From: Candidatus Methylomirabilota bacterium
GTDB lineage: Bacteria > Methylomirabilota > Methylomirabilia > Rokubacteriales > CSP1-6
DNA length: 64,000 bases
NCBI GenBank assembly: GCA_035457825.1
Contig: DATIAY010000005.1
Coordinates: 2,722 to 66,721, forward strand
Direction of reading: 5' to 3'
A program made the position numbers and the translations under genes. The stretch's first letter is position 1, and every line of letters starts with the position of its first letter. The notes under the pieces are model-generated. The model saw only the letters and a program-made list of their open reading frames with translations, was not told the DNA's origin and ran no database searches. Shown piece after piece: positions 1 to 8,989 of the stretch.

Positions 1-1145
1 TGCTCGTCAGGCAGCGGCTCCCCGGCCGACTCGAGAACGGTGAATCCCTGGGCACGGATGTGATCCAGGAGCCGGCGATAGACCTTGTCCCAGCGCTGGT
101 TCTTCACCAGGCGGATGTCGATCGCCACGGTGGCCCGGTGGGGGATGATGGTGTTGGCCTCCGCCCCGACGAAGCCGCTGTGCAACCCGCGGATCGTGAG
201 CGAGGGATGGAACATGATCCGCTCCAGGTAGTCTTCGGGCAGACGGACGCCCAGCTCCCGCTGCAGCGCGATCAGATCCAGCGGCACCGCGGCCATCATC
301 TGTCGCTCGGCCGGCGTGGGCCCGACGACGTCCTCCTCGAAGCCCTCGATCAGCGGCGCGCCATCCGGCGTGGCCATCGAGGCGAGCAGGCCGGTCAGTT
401 TCCACGCGGGGTTGGGGGCGGTGAAGTTACCGGAGTGCAGGTCCCGCCGGGCCGCCTCGAGAACGAGCTCGATCTTCACCACGCCGCGCGCCCCACCGGT
501 GATCGTCGGACGGCCGCTGGCGTGCTTGGGACCGTCCGTGACCAGAACGACATCCGCCGCCAGCAGGTCGCGGTGGGCCTCGGTGAAGGGTCCGAAGAAG
601 GGGCTGCCGATCTCCTCCTCGCCGTCGAAGATGAACTTCACGTTGACCCGCGGAGCCAGACCCAGAGCGTCCATCAGCTCGAGGGCGTGCAGATGACTCC
701 AGATGGGGCCCTTGTCGTCCGAGGCTCCGCGGGCATGGAGCCACAGGTCGTCCAGCTCGTTATCGGGCACGCCGGCGAGCGCCACCTCGGGCGCGGCAGC
801 CTCGGCCAGGCCGCGCCGGAAGACGGCCTCCAGGGGATCGGGCTGCAGCCAGCCGGCCAGCGGGATCGGCTTGGTATCGTAGTGACAGTAGATGAGCACG
901 GTGCGCGTGGCGCCGGGCACCCTCCGCTCGCCGAAGACAGCCGGATTGCCCCCGGTCTCGAGCACACGCCCCTGGAGCCCGCGGGACCGCAGGGCCTGGG
1001 CCAGCCACTCCCCGGTGGCCCGGACCCTGGCCGGCTCCTGGCTCACCGAATTGAGGCGGAGGAACTCGACCAGGCCCTCCACCATGGCCCGCCGGCGGGA
1101 GGCCAGGGCTCGATCGAACGTCAGCCAGTCCGTCAGGGTTGGCAT
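1..1145 (-). CDS. M20 family metallopeptidase/dipeptidase (3' end runs off the window)
   Basis: Absent from the ORF track because no stop lies in the window. Manual minus-strand translation from ATG at 1145-1143 gives MPTLTDWLTFDRALASRRRAMVEGLVEFLRLNSVS...LIYCHYDTKP...HARGASDDKGPIWSHL... and stays open to position 1. The ARGxxDDKG motif and overall layout are typical of M20 peptidases. Confidence 0.75.
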   Translation of the reverse strand, partial: MPTLTDWLTFDRALASRRRAMVEGLVEFLRLNSVSQEPARVRATGEWLAQALRSRGLQGRVLETGGNPAVFGERRVPGATRTVLIYCHYDTKPIPLAGWLQPDPLEAVFRRGLAEAAAPEVALAGVPDNELDDLWLHARGASDDKGPIWSHLHALELMDALGLAPRVNVKFIFDGEEEIGSPFFGPFTEAHRDLLAADVVLVTDGPKHASGRPTITGGARGVVKIELVLEAARRDLHSGNFTAPNPAWKLTGLLASMATPDGAPLIEGFEEDVVGPTPAERQMMAAVPLDLIALQRELGVRLPEDYLERIMFHPSLTIRGLHSGFVGAEANTIIPHRATVAIDIRLVKNQRWDKVYRRLLDHIRAQGFTVLESAGEPLPDE

Positions 1146-1155
1146 CGACTCGCGT

Positions 1156-1300
1156 TCAATCGTCGACGTCGAGCGCAACCCGTAGGGCCTGTCGTAGCTC
1201 GACGAGCTTCCGCGCCGACAGGGCGGCCACGAAGTTCGTTAGGGCCGTCTTGGAGCTCGTCGCGCGCCGTCGGGTGCGCGACGCGGTACAGATCCCCCCG
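1156..1300 (-). pseudogene. Decayed MazF/PemK-like toxin remnant downstream of the RHH antitoxin
   Basis: Directly after the antitoxin stop the minus strand reads ..PLNRGDLYRVAHPTARD.., a MazF-like N-terminal RGD(I/L)Y motif. A different frame then reads ..AALSARKLVELRQALRVALDVDD*, a MazF-like C-terminus with stop at 1158-1156. Only about 48 codons in two frames remain, versus more than 100 aa for an intact toxin. Confidence 0.4.
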
Positions 1301-1302
1301 AT

Positions 1303-1533
1303 TCAGGGGATCACCTGATAGCCGAGGACATCGGCGGCTTCCCGGTTGAGCCGCTTCGCCCGTCGATTCAGGATGTCGAAATCCCGGGAATTCCGCTCTT
1401 CCCATCGGATCTGGTGGAGAAAGGCCCGCATCGCTGCGTCGATGAACTTCGACCGGTTTTGCCCACCCCCCGCGCGGGTGTCGATGGCCTCCACCACGTC
1501 ACGCGACAGGGTGATCGATGTCTTGACTTTCAT
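1303..1533 (-). CDS. Ribbon-helix-helix (CopG/RHH) antitoxin-like protein
   Basis: ORF 1303..1545. MKVKTSITLSRDVVEAIDTRAGGGQNRSKFIDAAMRAFL is a classic RHH beta-strand plus two helices. The start is taken at the MKVKTS Met. Confidence 0.7.
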   Translation of the reverse strand: MKVKTSITLSRDVVEAIDTRAGGGQNRSKFIDAAMRAFLHQIRWEERNSRDFDILNRRAKRLNREAADVLGYQVIP

Positions 1534-1961
1534 ACCACGAACCATACGACCTAACCGCGTATCTCGACAACTGTGTGATTGTGCTCAGGCGCGTGGCTAT
1601 CGGCAGAGGAGATGGATCATCGGCTCTCTCGGGGATCTAAACTCCTTCTAGTCTCCCCGGACAAATTGTCCGCTCCACGCCGGCAAGATTTCATAGTCGG
1701 TGTGTCCGGCCTTCGGCCGTCACGGTGTAAGGAGCGTAAGCGCTCTTGCCGTGTTCGGGCTCGGCAATTGGCCTCGGTTGCAACGAGTGGCCGTGAGAGG
1801 GTCATCGCCGTCAACGTCGGCAAATGCGTGATCCCCGTCGGCCTTGCCGGCTCGATGGTCAGGGCCATGCGGGCTGGGCACGATTCGACAGCCCTCAGGC
1901 CAGTGAAGGCCCAGTAGAAGCCGCACTCCGGCGAGAACCTCACGCACCTGCGTCTACGGCA

Positions 1962-2357
1962 TCACTTCGTGCGCGGCCGTCCCCTCACGAGGCGAATCAA
2001 CGTAGCCACGCTGACGATGTAGCTCGCGGTGGCCAGAAAGCTGCTGGCGAAGAAAGCTGCGCCCCGGGACACGGTGCCTGGCGGAATGCCGACCACGATG
2101 GCGACGGCCAGGATCGGGAGGGCGTTGAGGACGACGATGGCCGGCACGCGCATCGGGACCTCGGGATCCAGGTGCGGGCGGCCGACGACCCCTAGGATGA
2201 GGAAGGCGGTGGCCGCCCCTGTCGCGAACAGCAGCACGTCGAATCGGCCGGGAAGCCCGTAGCGCGTCACGGTCCACGCCCCGGCACACCAGAGCGTCAC
2301 AGTGTAGCCGTAGGGGATGCAGAGAATGCTGGTGACGCGGGCAAGGGAGTGTTCCAT
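1962..2357 (-). CDS. Small integral membrane protein (about 4 TM segments), function unknown
   Basis: ORF 1962..2435, with the start taken at MEHSLARV. It contains hydrophobic stretches (ILCIPYGYTVTLWCAGAW, VLLFATGAATAFLILGVV, VPAIVVLNALPILAVAIVVGI, AAFFASSFLATASYIVSVA). It is divergent from the MarR gene. Confidence 0.55.
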   Translation of the reverse strand: MEHSLARVTSILCIPYGYTVTLWCAGAWTVTRYGLPGRFDVLLFATGAATAFLILGVVGRPHLDPEVPMRVPAIVVLNALPILAVAIVVGIPPGTVSRGAAFFASSFLATASYIVSVATLIRLVRGRPRTK

Positions 2358-2416
2358 GGAGGGATACTGCTCCGGCGACCGACGCCGGGTCAAGGCCGCG
2401 ACTTTACATCCAATTA

Positions 2417-2463
2417 GGTCACCTGACCAGTACACGTGGTGACGTACTGTATCACGTCGTGAT
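2417..2463. promoter_or_regulatory. Two short palindromes in the MarR/membrane-protein divergent spacer (candidate MarR operator)
   Basis: GGTCA-CC-TGACC at 2417-2428 and ATCACG-T-CGTGAT at 2451-2463, lying 13-60 nt upstream of the MarR start. Confidence 0.3.
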
Positions 2464-2475
2464 ATATAGTTAGCG

Positions 2476-2958
2476 ATGACAACCCGGTCGGACGTGAAGC
2501 GCCAGCCGACGATCCGTGTCGATTATGGCACGCTCGCGGAGTTGCGTTATCACATCCGTCGGTTCCTTCGCCTCCGCGAAGAGGCGGCGCGGGCCGCCGG
2601 CGTAGAGCCGCAGCAATACCTGCTTTTGCTCCAGGTCAAGGGCCTCGAGCGCGATCGGCCGGTGACGATCGGTGCTCTGGCCGAGCGCCTGCAGATTCGC
2701 CACCACGCAGCCGTCCAACTCGTGGACCGCCTCGTGAAGCGTGGGATGGTCCGGCGACAGCGCGTGAAGTTGGATCGGCGTGGCGTCGTTGTCGAGGTCG
2801 TGCCGCGAGGTGAAGCGGTGTTGCGAAAGCTGGCGCTCTACTCGTTGACGGAACTACGGACGGCCGGTCCGGCGCTGGTCTCGGCGCTGACCTATCTCAT
2901 GAGCCGGAACGGTCCTCGGCGGGCGCGATTGCCGAGAGCCACGATCCGGCGTCGATGA
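2476..2958 (+). CDS. MarR family transcriptional regulator
   Basis: 160-aa ORF. The wHTH core LLLLQVKGLERDRPVTIGALAERLQIRHHAAVQLVDRLVKRGMVRR..DRRGVVVEV is a MarR-type layout. Confidence 0.85.
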   Translation: MTTRSDVKRQPTIRVDYGTLAELRYHIRRFLRLREEAARAAGVEPQQYLLLLQVKGLERDRPVTIGALAERLQIRHHAAVQLVDRLVKRGMVRRQRVKLDRRGVVVEVVPRGEAVLRKLALYSLTELRTAGPALVSALTYLMSRNGPRRARLPRATIRRR

Positions 2959-3020
2959 ACCTCGGGCCGTTGCGGCAGGCCCCGCCACGCGGCCATCGCC
3001 GTCAGGAAGGAGCGTAGGAC

Positions 3021-3581
3021 ATGTTACGACTCGGTCGTTTGCTTCTCGTCGGCATCCTCATCAGCGTGCTGGCCATCATCGAGTGGGCGTGGGGTGAGCG
3101 CCACACGGACCACGGCGTGACCATGGGCACGTCGTCGGCCGCCGCAGCGACTCCGATCCGCATCACCATGGACGCCCTGCACGCGCAACGCGGCGTGCCC
3201 AAGGGATGGAGCTTTCTGTTTCCCTCGGGTGATGCCGGCCGCGGGCGCAAGGTATTCGTGGCCCTGGAGTGTTTCGCCTGCCACGCCGTCCAGGGCGAAG
3301 ACTTTCCGAGTGCGTCCAAGACCTCCCCCGATCAGGGCCCCGAGCTCACCGGGATGGGATCGCATCACCCGGCTGAATACTTCGCCGAGTCCATCGTGAA
3401 CCCCAACCGCGTGATCGTGCTCGGGCCAGGCTTCACTGGCCAGGATGGTCTGTCGAAGATGCCGGACTACTCAGAGAGCCTGACGATCAAGCAGTTAGTC
3501 GACCTCGTCGCCTACCTCAAGTCTCTGACCGGTCCGGGCAGTGTGCATGGGAATCACGGCATGGACAAGATGAAGCGGTGA
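3021..3581 (+). CDS. Membrane-anchored mono-haem c-type cytochrome
   Basis: N-terminal TM anchor LLLVGILISVLAIIEW. Single CxxCH haem motif (CFACH) preceded by GRKVF. Good SD (GGAAGGAG) upstream of the ATG. Confidence 0.8.
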   Translation: MLRLGRLLLVGILISVLAIIEWAWGERHTDHGVTMGTSSAAAATPIRITMDALHAQRGVPKGWSFLFPSGDAGRGRKVFVALECFACHAVQGEDFPSASKTSPDQGPELTGMGSHHPAEYFAESIVNPNRVIVLGPGFTGQDGLSKMPDYSESLTIKQLVDLVAYLKSLTGPGSVHGNHGMDKMKR

Positions 3582-3966
3582 GTGGACGGAACCCACGGTC
3601 GCCGTATGCCTCTGGTTTATCGCCAGGCCCGGTGAGCGGCATCTCCTGGACCACGACGGTCCCTGAATACGACGAGGAGATGCGTTCGCCAGGTGATCAT
3701 GCGACACGGCCGGCGCCGCGAGGTTGAAGTCGCCCGGATCCCGGATGGTCTGGTCAAGAGGCTCGGTTCGATCAGTCGGGACGCACGAGGAGTTCGCGCA
3801 GTTGCCGAGCGGAGTGACCCCACCAGTCAGTTTCCTCGGGGTCCCCGCCGTCGTGAATCGGCGAATTCGACGGCGGTGACGTATTTGATACATCCACGAA
3901 ACGCGACGCAAACGTTCTCGACTCGTCGATGTCGAGAAGCAGCTATCATGCGGGGGAGGACACACG

Positions 3967-4557
3967 ATGGGTGCCCGAACACTGTGCGCGGCCGTGGTCC
4001 TGGCCTTCGTGTGCGCGCAGCCTGCGCTCGCCTGGCAGGCCGGTGGAACGCTACGGCCGCCTGGGACTGAGTTGACCGGCGATTATCGCGTCGGCCCCGA
4101 GGACGTCCTGGAGATCGGTGTGTGGAACAACCCGGGCATCAGTCGGGTCGTCACCGTCCGCCCGGACGGCATGGTGTCGCTGCCCCTCATCAACGATGTC
4201 AAGGCCGCCGGCTTGACTCCGTTCCAGCTCCGGCAAGAGGTCGCCCGAAAGCTGAGCGATTACGTCCCCTCCCCGTCGGTCTCCGTGATCGTGAACGACG
4301 TTCGCAGCTTCAAGGTTTCGGTGCTCGGCGAGGTGGTCCGGCAAGACCGCTTCGAGCTCAGGGGCCCTACGACGATCCTGGACGTCATCGCCATGGCCGG
4401 CGGGTTCAATCAATTCGCGGCTCCTGCCCGGATCGTGGTCCTCCGCCGAGACGTCGACGGGCCGGAGCGGATTCCCTTCAACTACAACAGGGTCGTCTCG
4501 GGAATCACCAAGGACGTCCTCTATCTCCAGCCCGGGGACATCGTCTTCGTTCCCTAG
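3967..4557 (+). CDS. Polysaccharide export protein (Wza-like; Poly_export + SLBB domains)
   Basis: Signal peptide MGARTLCAAVVLAFVCAQPALA. YRVGPEDVLEIGVWNNP...VRPDGMVSLPLI..V.AAGLTP.QL...GGF... matches the polysaccharide export/SLBB pattern. Confidence 0.8.
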   Translation: MGARTLCAAVVLAFVCAQPALAWQAGGTLRPPGTELTGDYRVGPEDVLEIGVWNNPGISRVVTVRPDGMVSLPLINDVKAAGLTPFQLRQEVARKLSDYVPSPSVSVIVNDVRSFKVSVLGEVVRQDRFELRGPTTILDVIAMAGGFNQFAAPARIVVLRRDVDGPERIPFNYNRVVSGITKDVLYLQPGDIVFVP

Positions 4558-4761
4558 TGAGCAGGATCACGTAGATCGGGCCCTTGCCAGGGGCCCCACG
4601 AGCACGTAATCTCTGACCTTCACGAGTGCGGCTCTATGTCCCCGGCGACCGTCGAGACCGAGCGGCTGGAGCTGATGCGCTCGCTCCTCGCCTCGGAGTG
4701 GCAGATCTTCCGGACCGTGAGATTCCCGAACGCGCGCATCCCCTGACCGAAGGAGATCCCC

Positions 4762-5547
4762 ATGGCTGACAACTTCGTCCTCGTCGAGCGCGCCGAGCGC
4801 GTGGGTACCCTCACGCTGAACCGCCCGCCGCTGAACCCGATCTCGACCGGGCTCGTGGCGGCGCTCCACCGAGCGCTCGACGAGGTGGAGAGAGACCGGT
4901 CGATCCGATGCGTCATCCTCACCGGAGCAGGGGCAAAGGCCTTCTGCGCGGGGGCCGACCTCAACGAGGAATCGCGCTTCAAAGACCCCGCCGCTGCGAA
5001 GACGTTCCGGGAGTACGGCCGCTCGACGCTCCACCGGATCGAGCACTTCCCCAAGCCGATCGTCGCCGCGATCCACGGCTACTGCATCGGGGGCGGCACG
5101 GCCATTGGTTGGTCGTGCGATATCCGCCTCGCCGCCGACAACGCCGTTTTCCGGGCGGGCGACGCCTACCTCGGGATCGTGCCGAGCTGGGGGATGGGGC
5201 TCCTGCGGCTGCCGCGTCTCGTCGGGCGCGGGAACGCCCTCGACGTTCTCCTCACCGGGGAGAACTTCGGAGCCCAGCGGGCGTACGAGCTGGGGCTCGT
5301 CTCGCGCGTGGTGGGGCAGGCCACGCTCATGGACGAAGCGCGCGCGGTCGCCGCCCGCATCGCCAGGGGATCGCCGCAGGCGCTCCTGGCTATTCGCAAG
5401 GCCGTGGCCTTCAACCTCCGCCACTCGTGGGACGAGATGGTGCGCTACGAGGAGGAGCTCTGCGCCGAGGTCTTCCGGCATCCGGACGCCCAGGAGGGCC
5501 CGCGCGCCTTTCTCGAGAAGCGCCAGCCGGTCTTCCAGGACCTCTGA
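4762..5547 (+). CDS. Enoyl-CoA hydratase/isomerase (crotonase) family protein
   Basis: RPPLNPIS...VILTGAGAKAFCAGADL...IVAAIHGYCIGGGTAIGWSCDIRLAA...EGPRAFLEKRQPVF are crotonase signatures. SD GAAGGAG lies upstream. Confidence 0.9.
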   Translation: MADNFVLVERAERVGTLTLNRPPLNPISTGLVAALHRALDEVERDRSIRCVILTGAGAKAFCAGADLNEESRFKDPAAAKTFREYGRSTLHRIEHFPKPIVAAIHGYCIGGGTAIGWSCDIRLAADNAVFRAGDAYLGIVPSWGMGLLRLPRLVGRGNALDVLLTGENFGAQRAYELGLVSRVVGQATLMDEARAVAARIARGSPQALLAIRKAVAFNLRHSWDEMVRYEEELCAEVFRHPDAQEGPRAFLEKRQPVFQDL

Positions 5548-5647
5548 TGGCCGCCCGCTCGGCCCTCGCGCGGATGCTCTGGCCGGCGACGATCGTCTCG
5601 GGGATCCAGCGACCCATGCCGGAGTCGTCTCACGTTACGATAGCGGC

Positions 5648-6475
<828 letters not shown>

Positions 6476-6515
6476 CGTCGGCGTGGTACCGTCGCCACCA
6501 GGCGAGGAGATCCCG

Positions 6516-6746
6516 ATGCCGGACTACATCCCGAGCCCAAGACAATGGGTGCGCGACCAGGTCGACCTGTACGAGCGGAGCGGTGGGACGCACGGGCAAC
6601 TCCTAGTCGTGCCACGGTCATTTAATCATCGTGCCCAGACAACGTTCACACTAACCGGGCGCCGAGGAGCGAAGCGAAGAGGGAACCCGACCGCGGTTAC
6701 GCTCTTGGGCGCTCCGGTTCAGCGTGTTGTCGGGCGTCACGGTTAG
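6516..6746 (+). pseudogene. Truncated or degenerate deazaflavin (F420)-dependent nitroreductase family (DUF385-like) remnant
   Basis: MPDYIPSPRQWVRDQVDLYERSGGTHGQ resembles the N-terminus I recall for this family (..PSP.DWVR.QVE.YE.SGG..), and ..LTGRRGAKRRGNPTAV.. resembles its LTTxGRKSGKxRTTP segment. The ORF is only 76 aa, has a lower-GC, non-matching middle, and is cut off next to the convergent PduO gene. Confidence 0.35.
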
Positions 6747-6752
6747 TCCGGG

Positions 6753-7373
6753 CTAGCGCTTCTTCGTCCGCCGGCGCGCGTGGCTTTGCAGCCCGCGCTC
6801 CCACAGGTACTCCTTTTCCCCCATCCGCTTGGCCGCCCACCGGCTCAACACGAAGAACGCGTCGCCGAGGCGATTGACGTAGGTCAGCACCCACGGGTTG
6901 ACGGGCTCCTGCCGGGACAGCGCGAGAATCTCGCGCTCGGCCCGGCGGCATACCACGCGGGCTTGATGCAGGAACGCGTTGATGCGGCCGCCGCCGGGCA
7001 GCGTGAACGAGCGCAGCGGCGCCAGGTCCCGCTGGCAGCGATCCATCAACTGCTCGAGCGCCGTCACCTGCGCGGCGGCGGCCCGGACCATGCCCTCGTA
7101 CTCCGCCTCGGGGGGCGTGGCCAACTCGCTGCCCAGGTCGAAGAGCTCGTTCTGGATCTTCCGCAACACCTCGTCGAGCCAGCGGTGATGCGGGCCTTGT
7201 GTGAGACGCTCTTCATTGAACGTGCGCACGATGCCCACCACGGCATTGAGCTCGTCGATGGTGCCGTAGGCCACGATCCGCGGCGAGTCCTTGGGCACCC
7301 GTTTGCCGCCGACCAGGGCCGTGTCGCCCTTGTCGCCGGTTCGCGTGTAGACGCGGGTGATGCTGATGGGCAT
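6753..7373 (-). CDS. PduO-type ATP:cob(I)alamin adenosyltransferase
   Basis: N-terminus MPISITRVYTRTGDKGDTALVGG..., then YGTIDELNAVVG and FTLPGG motifs. Confidence 0.9.
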   Translation of the reverse strand: MPISITRVYTRTGDKGDTALVGGKRVPKDSPRIVAYGTIDELNAVVGIVRTFNEERLTQGPHHRWLDEVLRKIQNELFDLGSELATPPEAEYEGMVRAAAAQVTALEQLMDRCQRDLAPLRSFTLPGGGRINAFLHQARVVCRRAEREILALSRQEPVNPWVLTYVNRLGDAFFVLSRWAAKRMGEKEYLWERGLQSHARRRTKKR

Positions 7374-7425
7374 GGGGCCTCCGTGCTGGCCCGTATTCTA
7401 CTTGAACCCCGCGGGGGTCTCGGGG

Positions 7426-8619
7426 ATGATCGACCTCGTGATCTCGCGCGCCCGGGCAGTGCTGGCCTCAGCCTGCGGCCTCCACCTCCTGCACGACGGC
7501 TTCTCGGACGTCGTTTATGTGTTCCTGCCTCTGTGGGCCGCCGAGTTCGGCCTGAGCTTCGCCCAGGTCGGGATCATCCGGACCTGCTACACGGGCGGCA
7601 TGGCGCTCTTCCAGATCCCCGCGGGGGTTCTCGCCGAGCGCTGGGGCGAGCGCGGGCTCCTGTTTGCGGGAACCGCGCTGACGGCCCTGGGCTTCGTGGC
7701 CGCCGGCTGGGCGGGCGGCTTCGTGGCGCTGCTGCTCATTCTGTCGGTGGCCGGGATCGGCTCGAGCGTGCAGCACCCGCTGTCGTCGTCGCTCATCTCC
7801 AAGGTGTACGAGGTCGGCGGTCGGCGCGCGGCGCTGGGGACCTACAACTTCTCGGGCGACGTGGGCAAAGCCGGCGCCGCGGCGCTGATCGCGCTGGCGG
7901 CCGGCATCGTGGGCTGGCGGGCCGCCGGCGCCGCCTACGGACTCCTCGGGCTCGTGGCGGCCGGTGCGCTGCTGATCGTCCTGCACCGGCTGGGCGCCGG
8001 AGGCGCCAGCCCCGCCACCGATGACGCGGGCATGCCGGTGCGCGGCTGGGGCATCCGTGACCCGAGGGGGTTCAGCGCCCTGGCCGCCATCGGCATGATC
8101 GACAACGCCACTCGCACCGGCTTCATCACCTTCCTGCCCTTCGCCTTGATAACCAAGGGCTCCACCGTGGCCGGCGTGGGCACCGCACTGGCGCTCCTGT
8201 TCGTGGGGGGGGCGGCCGGCAAGTTCATCTGCGGCCTGGTGGCCGAGCGCGTGGGCGTGATTCGCACGGTGATTCTTACTGAGACCGCCACCGCGGCCGG
8301 GATCGCCGCCATCATCGTGGCCCCGCTCCCGATGGCCCTGGCCATCCTGGTGCCGCTGGGCGTGGCGCTCAACGGGACGTCCTCGGTGCTCTACGGCACG
8401 GTGGCGGACCTGGTGATGGCCGAGCGCCGCTCCCGCGCCTACGGTCTCTACTACACCCTGAGCGTGGGGTGTTCGGCGCTGGCCCCCACCCTCTACGGGA
8501 TCGTCGGGGACGCGGTCGGTGTCGCCGCCACGCTGGGGATCGTCGCCACGGTCGTGCTGGTCACGCTCCCGCTGTGTCTCGTCCTGCGCCCGGCCGTCGC
8601 CGCCCCCGTCAGCGCCTGA
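7426..8619 (+). CDS. MFS transporter
   Basis: ORF 7357..8619, with the start taken at MIDLVISR. It has about 12 hydrophobic segments and an MFS-like loop motif between TM2 and TM3 (GVLAERWGERG). Confidence 0.8.
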   Translation: MIDLVISRARAVLASACGLHLLHDGFSDVVYVFLPLWAAEFGLSFAQVGIIRTCYTGGMALFQIPAGVLAERWGERGLLFAGTALTALGFVAAGWAGGFVALLLILSVAGIGSSVQHPLSSSLISKVYEVGGRRAALGTYNFSGDVGKAGAAALIALAAGIVGWRAAGAAYGLLGLVAAGALLIVLHRLGAGGASPATDDAGMPVRGWGIRDPRGFSALAAIGMIDNATRTGFITFLPFALITKGSTVAGVGTALALLFVGGAAGKFICGLVAERVGVIRTVILTETATAAGIAAIIVAPLPMALAILVPLGVALNGTSSVLYGTVADLVMAERRSRAYGLYYTLSVGCSALAPTLYGIVGDAVGVAATLGIVATVVLVTLPLCLVLRPAVAAPVSA

Positions 8620-8667
8620 GACCGCACAGCCCAGGATGTCGGAAGGCCTCCGGGGCCAGCCCTGGAT

Positions 8668-8970
8668 TCACGAGGATCCATGCTGCTCCGGTGGTGGAGG
8701 CCGGTCGTAGGGTGAGGCAGACCGGTGGGGCTCGACCTCGCGTGGGAAGCTCGAGGCCTGGGTCCGGAGCCGGCGCCTCAGTCGCCAGAGCTTGAACGAG
8801 GCGGGGATACCAACAGCCAGGATGCCAACCCCGAACGAGACGAGCACCACCGCGGCCACGGGGACGTCGGCGATCTCCCAGATCAGGAACTTCACGATCA
8901 CGTGAGTGGTGTTCTGCATGGCGAACACGGCCACCGCGACCGCGACCACCGCCACCACGATGTAGCCCAT
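8668..8970 (-). CDS. LapA/DUF1049-like small membrane protein
   Basis: Two TM helices (MGYIVVAVVAVAVAVFAMQN...VPVAAVVLVSFGVGILAVGI) followed by a basic RLRRRLR segment. It lies 20 nt downstream of UbiD on the same strand. Confidence 0.5.
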   Translation of the reverse strand: MGYIVVAVVAVAVAVFAMQNTTHVIVKFLIWEIADVPVAAVVLVSFGVGILAVGIPASFKLWRLRRRLRTQASSFPREVEPHRSASPYDRPPPPEQHGSS

Positions 8971-8989
8971 TACGCTCCCTCGGGGACCA

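Noticed and set aside
60-1349. 429-aa plus-strand ORF covering the left end.
   Set aside because: The translation is Arg/Gly/Pro/Ala-rich junk. The opposite strand encodes a recognisable M20 peptidase (ARGASDDKGP etc.). This is the classic antisense ORF artefact of high-GC DNA.
1700-1760. GGTGTAAGGAGCGTAAGCGCTC, which superficially resembles the RNase P RNA GGUAAGAGCGCACC region.
   Set aside because: None of the other universally conserved RNase P blocks (e.g. GAGGAAAGTCCGGGC) are nearby. This is only a short local hairpin.
3740-3800. GGTTCGATC motif, considered as a possible tRNA T-arm.
   Set aside because: The flanking bases do not form a T-stem, and no acceptor or anticodon arms can be drawn. 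No tRNA-like cloverleaf is seen anywhere in the window.
6753-7425. Cobalamin riboswitch near the PduO-type adenosyltransferase and MFS genes.
   Set aside because: The 52-bp divergent spacer is far too short, and no B12-box-like sequence was seen in the flanking non-coding DNA.
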